Positions 1-7,718 of a stretch of DNA of 22,318 nucleotides are shown piece after piece. The translations under genes and the position numbers were made by a program. The notes under the pieces were generated by a model that worked only from the letters and a program-made list of their open reading frames with translations, made no database searches and was not told where the DNA came from. The stretch is taken from contig JBHHYO010000046.1 in the NCBI GenBank assembly GCA_046757665.1, forward strand, positions 1 through 22,318, in the 5' to 3' direction. The DNA is from Nitrospinales bacterium. Lineage in GTDB: Bacteria > Nitrospinota > Nitrospinia > Nitrospinales > JAJDAT01. Each line of letters begins with the position of its first letter. Position 1 is the stretch's first letter.

Positions 1-342
1 GCGGGTCAGTTTGATTTCCTCATTCCAAATTTGCAGATTATTGCTTTTTTGAACATACGTGTCGAGCAACTGTCCCGGAAATCTAGGCTGTGTTTTTTTA
101 AAGGCTTTTGGTATAGGATAACCAAGTGTGCGGCAAACGTGTTCCTTGGCAACCTTGGACCGGGTGCGAATGGACATGCCGCCCAGAGATAGCCCCTTGA
201 GTCCGGTATTGAGCAAGGCTTCAAGTGCGGGTGTGGGTATCCACAGTTTTGGGTCATCGACTTCAACAGGATCATAAATAGAAATCCCACTTTTAGAAAT
301 GGCACGGACAAACCGGCGGAAATTTTTTGGGCTACTTGCCAT
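1..342 (-). CDS. Probable type II restriction endonuclease, N-terminal 114 codons (runs off window edge; not in ORF track)
   Basis: Manual translation from ATG at 342-340 has no stop to position 1: MASSPKNFRRFVRAISKSGISIYDPVEVDDPKLWIPTPALEALLNTGLKGLSLGGMSIRTRSKVAKEHVCRTLGYPIPKAFKKTQPRFPGQLLDTYVQKSNNLQIWNEEIKLTR. The start overlaps the 3' end of the C gene, the classic C-R arrangement. It is AT-richer than the backbone. Resemblance to EcoT38I-like enzymes is from memory and unverified. Confidence 0.65.
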   Translation of the reverse strand, partial: MASSPKNFRRFVRAISKSGISIYDPVEVDDPKLWIPTPALEALLNTGLKGLSLGGMSIRTRSKVAKEHVCRTLGYPIPKAFKKTQPRFPGQLLDTYVQKSNNLQIWNEEIKLTR

Positions 343-574
343 GTACCCTTTTCTTTCTGGTAAGAAGGTCGGGAACAGATGCGCTGAGGGCTTTAGCAAA
401 GACTTCCAAAGTACTTAACGTAACGTTCCTTTCGGAGCGTTCGACCGAGCCTACATAAGTTCGATGAAGTCCACAAATATCGGCCAGTTCTTCCTGGGAC
501 AGTCCTTTATGGTTCCGGTAATTCCGAATATTGTCTGCTAGAATATTTCGTAAAGTAGCTCCAGGTTTTCTCAT
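332..574 (-). CDS. XRE-family HTH protein, R-M controller (C protein)-like
   Basis: 80 aa; LSQEELADICGLHRTYVGSVERSERNVTLSTLEVFAKAL matches the C-protein/HTH_3 pattern (HRTY..xERxERN); a C-box lies upstream; the gene overlaps the downstream ORF. Confidence 0.9.
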   Translation of the reverse strand: MRKPGATLRNILADNIRNYRNHKGLSQEELADICGLHRTYVGSVERSERNVTLSTLEVFAKALSASVPDLLTRKKRVHGK

Positions 575-622
575 TTTCTATTGTTCCATTTCCAATGAAT
601 TTTTACATTAATATTGGGGGCA

Positions 623-655
623 ATGAATCCTTTAAGTCTACAGACATCAAGTAGC
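623..655 (-). promoter_or_regulatory. C-box operator (tandem GACT-N3-AGTC-like half sites around TGTA)
   Basis: Minus strand reads GC-TACT-TGA-TGTC-TGTA-GACT-TAA-AGGA-TTCAT, in register with the PvuII-type C-box architecture; about 50 nt upstream of the C gene start. Confidence 0.7.
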
Positions 656-670
656 AATATTTCCGAAATA

Positions 671-2296
671 ATGTTACGGGACACAGAACAATCGAGCCGG
701 AATCTGGTGCGTTGGATATTGCCGGTTCTTTTCGCCGGAGTTTTGTTGTCCTGTTCGGGCGGGTTGTCGGCCTCCGATAGCGAGCGCGTTTTCCGCATGA
801 CCGTCACCGCGGAGCCCCCGACCCTGGACTGGTCCCTGGCCACCGACAACGTGTCCTTTGATATCCTCACCAACATTATGGAGGGCTTGACTCAGTACAA
901 CACCCACCTGGAACCGGTCCCGGCCATCGCCCGGCGATGGGAGTTTTCCGCGGATGGAACCCTGATCACCTATTACCTGCGGGACGATGTGTTCTGGACC
1001 GACGGCCGGCCGGTGACCGCCGAGGACTTCGAGTATTCCTGGAAACGCCTGCTCAACCCCGCCACCGCCGCGGAGTATGCGTACTTCCTGTTTGATATTG
1101 AAAACGCCTACGAATACAATTCCGGAAAAATCAAGGACCCGGGCCGGGTCGGGGTGCGGGCGCTCGCTCCCGACATTTTGCAAGTCAAGCTGAAACGGCC
1201 CGTCATTTATTTTCCCAGCATCACCACCTTCATGGTGACCTTTCCCCAGAGGAAGGATATCATCACGCGATACGGCGACCACTGGACGGACCCCGAACAC
1301 ATGGTAACCAACGGCCCCTTCACGCTCGGCGAATGGCGGCACGAATACAAAATCGTCCTGCGGGCCAACCCCGGCTATTACGGCGGGCGGCCCGGGGTGG
1401 ACCGGGTGGTGGCCTACGTGGTGGAGGAAGCCACCACGGCCCTCGCCCTTTACGAGACCGGTGAACTGGACATGGTCGAACTGCCGCCGGTGGCGATTCC
1501 CCATTATAAAAATGATTCCGAGTACAGGACCTCATCCATATTGCGCGGCTATTATTACGGGTTCAACGTTCACAAACCGCCGTTCGACCGCGCGCTGGTG
1601 CGGCGGGCGTTTGCTCACGCCATCGACCGGTCGCGCATTCCCGTTATTTTGCAGGGCGGCGAAATTCCCATTGCGTCCTGGATTCCCAAGGGAATGTTCG
1701 GGTTCAACCCCGACATCGGTCCCAGGTTCGACCCCGAAAAAGCGCGCGCCCTGCTGGCCCGGGCGGGCTACCCCGGCGGCCGGGGCTTTCCGCCGGTCAC
1801 CGCGGCGTACAACACCGACCAGACCAACCGGCTGGTCGCCGAATTCCTCCAGGCGCAATGGAAAAAAAATCTCAATGTGAATGTCGAACTGGAAAGCCAG
1901 GAATGGAAAGTGTTTCTGAGCCGCTTGAAAACCGACGCGCCGCAAATTTTCCGCCTGGGATGGGGCGCGGATTTTCCCGACCCCGACAACTTCATGAACC
2001 TGTTCGTTTCCACCAGCGGCAACAACCACCTGGGATGGAGTAATCCCCGTTACGATGAACTGGTGGCCCGGGGCGCGGCCGAGCGGGACCCGAAAAAAAG
2101 ACAAGCCATCTACGACGAGGCGCAGACCATACTGACCGAGACCGACGCGCCGATAGTCTCGTTATTTGTCGCGCCGCAAAACCTGCTCGTGAAGTCCTAT
2201 GTGAAAGGTCTGCAAATCAACGCCATGGAGCTACTCTATTTGAAAAAGGCGCGGCTGGCCCCGCCGCTCCCAACACGCCGCAAGGAAGCGCTGTAG
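671..2296 (+). CDS. oppA: Oligopeptide ABC transporter substrate-binding lipoprotein (OppA/SBP family 5)
   Basis: Lipobox-like VLLSC after a hydrophobic segment; motifs EPPTLD, EGLTQY, W.DG.PVTAEDF.YSW.R, NGPF, GWGADFPDPDNF. Start at ATG 671 or GTG 707 is preferred to 614, which lies in the C-gene upstream region. Confidence 0.9.
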   Translation: MLRDTEQSSRNLVRWILPVLFAGVLLSCSGGLSASDSERVFRMTVTAEPPTLDWSLATDNVSFDILTNIMEGLTQYNTHLEPVPAIARRWEFSADGTLITYYLRDDVFWTDGRPVTAEDFEYSWKRLLNPATAAEYAYFLFDIENAYEYNSGKIKDPGRVGVRALAPDILQVKLKRPVIYFPSITTFMVTFPQRKDIITRYGDHWTDPEHMVTNGPFTLGEWRHEYKIVLRANPGYYGGRPGVDRVVAYVVEEATTALALYETGELDMVELPPVAIPHYKNDSEYRTSSILRGYYYGFNVHKPPFDRALVRRAFAHAIDRSRIPVILQGGEIPIASWIPKGMFGFNPDIGPRFDPEKARALLARAGYPGGRGFPPVTAAYNTDQTNRLVAEFLQAQWKKNLNVNVELESQEWKVFLSRLKTDAPQIFRLGWGADFPDPDNFMNLFVSTSGNNHLGWSNPRYDELVARGAAERDPKKRQAIYDEAQTILTETDAPIVSLFVAPQNLLVKSYVKGLQINAMELLYLKKARLAPPLPTRRKEAL

Positions 2297-2333
2297 CGCC
2301 CGGCCCGGCTCCGCCGCCAACCTCAAACCACTG

Positions 2334-3773
2334 ATGAGCCTCGATACAAACATCCGGGTTGTGAAAAATTCCGTCTGGCTTGTGACGGCGGAGATGGTTT
2401 CCAAGCTCCTGGCGCTGGCCGTGCAAATCGCGGCGGCGCGCTATCTGGGAGAAAAGGGATTCGGCGTTTTTGCGTTCGCCTTCGCCGCCACCAGCATCCT
2501 GATGATCCTTGCCGACTCCGGCATCAACCACCTGCTGACCCGGGAAATCGCCCGCCGGCCCGACCGCATCGGCGATGACCTGGGCAACGCGCTTGCCCTC
2601 AAGAGTGGGCTGTCGCTGATCGCCCTGGCGGTTCTTTTCGGGTTTCCCCTGGCGACGGCGATGGACCCGACCTCCCGGCTGGTGGTGTGGAGCATCGGCG
2701 TTGCCTTGCTGGTCAACGGTTATGCCGATGTTTATATCGCCGTGTTCCGGGCGCGCGAGCAAATGTCCCTGGTCTCCATTTTGATGATGGTGCAACGCTG
2801 TTTGTTTTTCATTTTGGGTCTGGCCGCCTTGCTGATGGGATACCGGGTCACGGTGTTTTCGCTGACCTTCCTGACCGCGGCGTGCATCAACCTCGGCCTC
2901 GTCCGCCGGCAGATGCGGATACGATACGGCCTCCAGCCCTGGAGATGGCAATGGAACCAGGTCAAGGAAATTTTCTGGAGTTCACTGCCCATCGGCGGAG
3001 TGATTTTGTTCTCCTACATTTACTTCCGCATCGATTCGGTGATGCTGTACTACCTTCGGGGAGACTCGGAAACGGGATGGTACTCGGCGGCGTTCAAGCT
3101 GGTCGAGGGCGTGGTTTTGTTGATTGCCGGCGTTCGCGGCGCCCTCTTCCCGCTTTTGTCGCGGACGTACGCCGAAAGCAGTGCCCGGTTCCAGCGCATC
3201 TGGCGGGAAGCCGCGCGCTATCTGCTGATGATCGGCCTGCCTGCCGCCGCGGGTATGGCCCTGCTGGCTCCCCGCCTCGCCATCCTGTTTTACGGAGAGT
3301 CCTATGAGCCCTCCGGAAACGCCCTGCGGCTCCTGGCGCTGGCCATCCCGTTTTTGTGCCTGAGCGACATCGCGTCCTACCTTCTGGTCGCCGCGGACCG
3401 GACGCGGAAAATCTTCCGGGTCGTCGGTCTCGGCGCGCTGTTCAACATCATCTTCAACTTCCTTCTCATTCCGCGATGGGGACTTGACGGCGCCGCCGTC
3501 GCCACTTGCTTGACAGAACTTTTCGTGTTTGGTGTATACTACAAAACGATCAGCCAAACGTTTGCACCCATAGGCATTCTATCCTTGGTTTGGCGTCCGT
3601 CAGCAAGCGCCGCGGGCATGGCGCTGATCCTCTGGTTCTGCTCCGCCCTGCCGCCGGCCGGCCTGATCCCTCTGGGTGCGGCGGTTTATATTGGAACATT
3701 GGCGGCCCTCCAAACTTTCAATCAGCATGATATGGCAATCCTGCGCGGTCTCCTGGGCCGCGGACAACCCTGA
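2334..3773 (+). CDS. Wzx-type polysaccharide flippase (MOP superfamily)
   Basis: 479 aa polytopic membrane protein; KNSVWL...ARYLGEKGFG N-terminus, YFRIDSVML, GWYSAAFKL, NFLLIPRWGLDGAAVAT. Confidence 0.88.
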   Translation: MSLDTNIRVVKNSVWLVTAEMVSKLLALAVQIAAARYLGEKGFGVFAFAFAATSILMILADSGINHLLTREIARRPDRIGDDLGNALALKSGLSLIALAVLFGFPLATAMDPTSRLVVWSIGVALLVNGYADVYIAVFRAREQMSLVSILMMVQRCLFFILGLAALLMGYRVTVFSLTFLTAACINLGLVRRQMRIRYGLQPWRWQWNQVKEIFWSSLPIGGVILFSYIYFRIDSVMLYYLRGDSETGWYSAAFKLVEGVVLLIAGVRGALFPLLSRTYAESSARFQRIWREAARYLLMIGLPAAAGMALLAPRLAILFYGESYEPSGNALRLLALAIPFLCLSDIASYLLVAADRTRKIFRVVGLGALFNIIFNFLLIPRWGLDGAAVATCLTELFVFGVYYKTISQTFAPIGILSLVWRPSASAAGMALILWFCSALPPAGLIPLGAAVYIGTLAALQTFNQHDMAILRGLLGRGQP

Positions 3774-3789
3774 ACCATTTTCCCGATCC

Positions 3790-4731
3790 ATGGTTGAACC
3801 ATCCACAACGCTGTCCATCGTCATTGTCAATTACAATTCCAAGGATTACCTGCGGGATTGCCTTTACTCGATCCGGGAAACCGCCGCCAACCTGCAATGC
3901 GAAATCATCGTCATCGACAACCGCTCCGTTGACGGTAGCGTTGAATTTATCCGCAAGGTCTTTCCGGAAGTGATCCTGATTCCCAACAAGATCAACTGCG
4001 GATTTTCCCGGGCGTGCAACCAGGGAATCAAAATTTCCAGAAGCCCGTATATCCTGCTGTTGAACAACGACACGGTGCTGTTGCCCCATGCCCTGGAGAC
4101 CATGATATCCATCATGGAAAAATCGCCGGGCATCGGTCTGCTGGGCTGTAAATTGTTGAACACCGACCGAAGCCTGCAACAGTCGTTCGGCAGGGTGACC
4201 GGTTTTGTCAATGAATTCGGGCGCAAGTATTTCATCAACCTTTACGAGAAACACAAAAACTCCCTGGTCGGCAAGTTCCTCAATTGGACCCATGCCGGAG
4301 AAAAAGAGGTGGCATGGGTCAAGGGAGCCTGTATGCTTTTGCGGCGGCAGGCTATTCTGGACGCGGATTTGATGGACGAAAATTACTTCATGTACATGGA
4401 GGAAGTGGATTTAAGTATCCGCATCAAACAACTGGGATGGAAAATCGTTTACACCCCCAGGGCGCAAATCGTCCATCACGGCGGCGGGAGCACGGCGACC
4501 AACAGTTACCGCGCCCTGGTCGAATACCGGAAAAGCCAGTTGTACTTTTACAAAAAACACTATGGAAAATCGGGATTGCTCAAACTGCGAATCTACTTGT
4601 ACTGCAAACTTTGCGTGAATTATCTGGGATGGTGGGTCGTCAGCCTTTTCAAGCGGGGAGCGGATTCGCGGGTGGAAGAGCGCGGCCGCTGTTTGCGGGA
4701 GATATTCAAACTGGTGGTGGACTACCATTGA
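3790..4731 (+). CDS. Glycosyltransferase family 2 (WbbL/rhamnosyltransferase-like)
   Basis: SIVIVNYN, IIVIDNRSVDGS, GFSRACNQG, LLLNND, GACMLLR, MDENYFMYMEEVDL. Start adjusted to in-frame ATG 3790, 16 nt after the flippase stop. Confidence 0.9.
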   Translation: MVEPSTTLSIVIVNYNSKDYLRDCLYSIRETAANLQCEIIVIDNRSVDGSVEFIRKVFPEVILIPNKINCGFSRACNQGIKISRSPYILLLNNDTVLLPHALETMISIMEKSPGIGLLGCKLLNTDRSLQQSFGRVTGFVNEFGRKYFINLYEKHKNSLVGKFLNWTHAGEKEVAWVKGACMLLRRQAILDADLMDENYFMYMEEVDLSIRIKQLGWKIVYTPRAQIVHHGGGSTATNSYRALVEYRKSQLYFYKKHYGKSGLLKLRIYLYCKLCVNYLGWWVVSLFKRGADSRVEERGRCLREIFKLVVDYH

Positions 4732-4746
4732 CCGCCGCGCCGGCGC

Positions 4747-5835
4747 TCAGGCATTCTTGAAACCATGTTCCAACTGCATCGCCACCATTTCCCAAGCCTC
4801 CTCCACGGTAATGGAGGTGAGGCATTTCAGGTGACTGCATTCGGGGAACCGGCCCTGGTCGTAGCAGGGGGAACATTCCACCGGTTTGTAAAGGACCGCG
4901 TTCCGCGGCTCCGGCGGCACCCACTCCCTGGGATCGATGGGTCCGTTGAAGGACAGCGTGGGAACGCCCATGGCCGAGGCAATATGAAGCGGCCCGCTGT
5001 TGTTGCCGATAAACAACCGGCAACGGCGAAACACCGAGGCCATTTCCCCAAAAGACAGGTCGGTCGTATCCAGGCATTGCGGATGCGCCGCCCGGATGCG
5101 CGCGACGACGTCCCGGTCGTCCGGCCCGCCGACCAGGAGGACGCGGCAAGGAAATTCTTTCTGGATGTTGCGAATCAATTGCACATAGTTTTCCGCCGGC
5201 CAACGGCGCGACGGCATAAAACTCTTTACGTTTTTTCCTCCGCCCGGCGCAATGGCGATCAGAGGGTCTGCCTCACGAATTTGGCGCCGTTCCAGAAAAT
5301 CGGCAAGAAACTCGTCTTCCCGCCGCGACAAGTAATAAAAGCAACCTTCGTAACGGACGGAAACGCCCAGCGCCCGGAGGAGGTCCAGGTAGGTTTCCCG
5401 CTCGTTGCGGGCGGGCTGGGGGATCACCCGGTGAGTCAGCAGAACGCCTTCCCTGCCGCGGGCGAATCCCACGCGCCGGGGAATCCCGCACAACGCCACC
5501 AGCAGGTTGAAGGGCCACGCCCGGTGCAAAACAAAAACCAGGTCAAAATGCTCCCTTCGCAGGAGCCGTACGATCCGCAAAACCTCCGGCAGACGCGACC
5601 ACGGTTTCCCTTTGAAAAGGGCCGCGTCGTCGGCCAGAATCAAACGGTCGAGGCACGGGTTGTTTTCCTCGACCTGGCGGCAGGCCTTGCCCGTCAGCAG
5701 AACGATCTGGGCTTGCCGGAAATGTTTTCTCAGGGAATCGAAGAAAGCCGAGGCGATGACCAAATCCCCCACGGCCCCCAGTTTCACCAGGAGGATTTTT
5801 TTGGGTTCCTTGTTCGCCGGGGCGGATGATTTCAT
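4747..5835 (-). CDS. Glycosyltransferase family 9 (LPS heptosyltransferase WaaF-like)
   Basis: KILLVKLGAVGD, RRWPAENY, FIGNNSGPLHIASAMGVPT, C-terminal CSPC...C...C. Start set at ATG 5835, since the longer ORF overlaps the DHH gene. Confidence 0.88.
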   Translation of the reverse strand: MKSSAPANKEPKKILLVKLGAVGDLVIASAFFDSLRKHFRQAQIVLLTGKACRQVEENNPCLDRLILADDAALFKGKPWSRLPEVLRIVRLLRREHFDLVFVLHRAWPFNLLVALCGIPRRVGFARGREGVLLTHRVIPQPARNERETYLDLLRALGVSVRYEGCFYYLSRREDEFLADFLERRQIREADPLIAIAPGGGKNVKSFMPSRRWPAENYVQLIRNIQKEFPCRVLLVGGPDDRDVVARIRAAHPQCLDTTDLSFGEMASVFRRCRLFIGNNSGPLHIASAMGVPTLSFNGPIDPREWVPPEPRNAVLYKPVECSPCYDQGRFPECSHLKCLTSITVEEAWEMVAMQLEHGFKNA

Positions 5836-5899
5836 TTTTTTTGGGGGGGCTGAATTTTTCCGCCGGTCATTGTGTGGCGCGCCGGCCGGGAAGCGGATT

Positions 5900-7108
5900 T
5901 CAAGTGAGATTGTTTTCCACGAAATCGCGGACCTGCCGGATTCCAGCCACCACCTGGGCCTCATCCATGGGATGGATGCGAAAGGAAACGGCGCCGGGAT
6001 GCCCGCCGCCGCCCATGTAACTGTCTCCGGGAAAGACTCGCCGAATTTCCTGTTCCGTCTCGCGCAGGTCGAAACCGGCGTAATTCACGGCGCGCCTCAG
6101 CTTGATAAAAATGCAATCTTCTCCGCCGGCATTTTTGCCGTTAAAATAAATAATCCCCACCTTGCCCGCCTGCTCGGGAACCATGTTCACAAGAAACAAG
6201 CGGACCTCGGAAAACCATTCGGAGTCGAAGGGCCGGCAGACATCCTTGACCTGGGCATACGTCGAATCCAGCAGGTTCAGGCAAGCGACCCCGCCTCTCG
6301 TATCAAGCTTTTGAGTAAAGAGGTTGATGCATTGCTGTTTTTCATCGTCCAGCCGGTTCATGTAATTAAAAATCTGCCCGCTCGAGGAAAAATGGATTTT
6401 TTTGTCGCCGGAGGGCTTGTCGTCATCGGCCTTGTCCCCGTGGGTCATACTGCTGAAAGTGTCTCCCAACGTTTCCATCCAGTACGTATAATCCTCTTTC
6501 AAGGGAACCACCTTGCCGCCCAGGGTGTCGCCCAGCAATCCGGTGATCAGGGCGAGCAGGATGTTCCGCTGATGAAACGGGTTGGGAAAATCCGGATTTG
6601 TTTTCTCCAGGCTGGCCAGCAATTCGGCGACAATTTCCGTGTTGGCATTTGCCCGGCGAAACAGCTTGATTCCATATTCGGTCATCTCTTCGCTGTCCGC
6701 TCCAAAATGATGGTCGATTTCGATGACCGGCACATTCCGGGAGAGAAGATGTTTGCAAATGGCGGAGTAAAAGGGCACCAGCTTGGTGTTGGCCGTGTCG
6801 AAAAAAATCACCAGGTCCACTTTGTCCTTGATGGATACGATATCCTGCTCCGAGGGAATCACGTTGATGGAATTGAATTCAATAATTTTGTGCATAAAGT
6901 CCAGGCCTTGCCCCAACCCCTCGGCAAGCACCATGTAAACTTTTTTCCCCAACAGCCGCAAATACAGGGAGAGGGACAACATCGACCCAACGGAGTCGGG
7001 ATCCAAATCCGCCGAGAAAAAGAACGTTTCATGGTTTTGTATCAGAGAAACGGCCTCCTGCAGATTTTTTTCCCATTGCGGTCCGGAAATGGGAATTTTT
7101 TCTTTCAT
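5900..7108 (-). CDS. DHH/DHHA1-family phosphoesterase (NrnA-like, divergent)
   Basis: DLDPDSVGS (DxD), IFFDTAN, IDHHF, GLLGDT and C-terminal GGGGHPGA; SD-like AGGAAGG upstream. Confidence 0.82.
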   Translation of the reverse strand: MKEKIPISGPQWEKNLQEAVSLIQNHETFFFSADLDPDSVGSMLSLSLYLRLLGKKVYMVLAEGLGQGLDFMHKIIEFNSINVIPSEQDIVSIKDKVDLVIFFDTANTKLVPFYSAICKHLLSRNVPVIEIDHHFGADSEEMTEYGIKLFRRANANTEIVAELLASLEKTNPDFPNPFHQRNILLALITGLLGDTLGGKVVPLKEDYTYWMETLGDTFSSMTHGDKADDDKPSGDKKIHFSSSGQIFNYMNRLDDEKQQCINLFTQKLDTRGGVACLNLLDSTYAQVKDVCRPFDSEWFSEVRLFLVNMVPEQAGKVGIIYFNGKNAGGEDCIFIKLRRAVNYAGFDLRETEQEIRRVFPGDSYMGGGGHPGAVSFRIHPMDEAQVVAGIRQVRDFVENNLT

Positions 7109-7211
7109 AGCGAAAACCTTCCTGTCATAGGATGGGGTTTGCCTTCAACATGACAACAAACAGGATTCAATACCGTCCACGGATGAACCGCGGACCTTGC
7201 CGGACGTATTT

Positions 7212-7538
7212 TCACGGATGCGGTTTGCCCTCGCCGACGGGGAACCCCATCTTGGCCAGCTCGGCAGAGGAAAAAGGACACTTGCCCGCGGCCAGCCGGG
7301 TGGCGCCGTTTTCCTGGGCGGGCGGTTCGCTTGGCACGTCTGCCTGTTCCAGCTTGCCGGCTTCGGCCATGATGATCCAGTGCAGGGAATCGATTTGCTG
7401 ATCTTTATCGGCAACAAATTTTTTCAACGTTTCCCGGGTTTCGTTATGAACGGCATGGTCAATGGCGTCCTGATATTTGCCGCGGATCATCTTTTCCAAC
7501 TCGACCGCAACTTTAAGCGCATCTATGGATGTGGACAT
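7212..7538 (-). CDS. Small ferritin/rubrerythrin-like helical protein (108 aa) with C-terminal GKCPF motif
   Basis: MSTSIDALKVAVELEKMIRGKYQDAID resembles rubrerythrin helix 1 (AL..A..LE.....Y); the second helix lacks ExxH. This is the 3' part of the 7212..7985 ORF, whose 5' part is antisense to hutG. Confidence 0.6.
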   Translation of the reverse strand: MSTSIDALKVAVELEKMIRGKYQDAIDHAVHNETRETLKKFVADKDQQIDSLHWIIMAEAGKLEQADVPSEPPAQENGATRLAAGKCPFSSAELAKMGFPVGEGKPHP

Positions 7539-7683
7539 GGGTCGGTCTCCCGATAAATGTTTATTCTTAGAGTCTATGATTTCAAATATAGCAAAAACCG
7601 ATTTCCGCCTCAAGTCATATCCCGTTCCGTGGCATCCCGCGCAATTTCGACCCGGGAATGAAGGCCATTTGAGGAACATCGTA

Positions 7684-7712
7684 TTTACAAATCCGTCACA
7701 AGGCTCTATAAA
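7684..7712 (+). promoter_or_regulatory. Sigma70-type promoter of the hut operon
   Basis: TTTACA (7684-7689), 17-nt spacer, TATAAA (7707-7712); hutG ATG follows after 6 nt. Confidence 0.55.
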
Positions 7713-7718
7713 GGAACC

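Noticed and set aside
6..311. 101-aa minus-strand ORF in the track
   Set aside because: Alternative frame of the 1..342 ORF, which has an ATG coupled to the C gene and a more protein-like sequence.
571..876. 101-aa minus-strand ORF upstream of the C gene
   Set aside because: Antisense to the oppA 5' end, runs through the C-box, and has no recognisable motif.
4765..5829. 354-aa plus-strand ORF
   Set aside because: Antisense shadow of GT9.
5507..7153. 548-aa plus-strand ORF
   Set aside because: Antisense shadow of the DHH and GT9 genes; no motifs; explained by codon bias on the coding strand.
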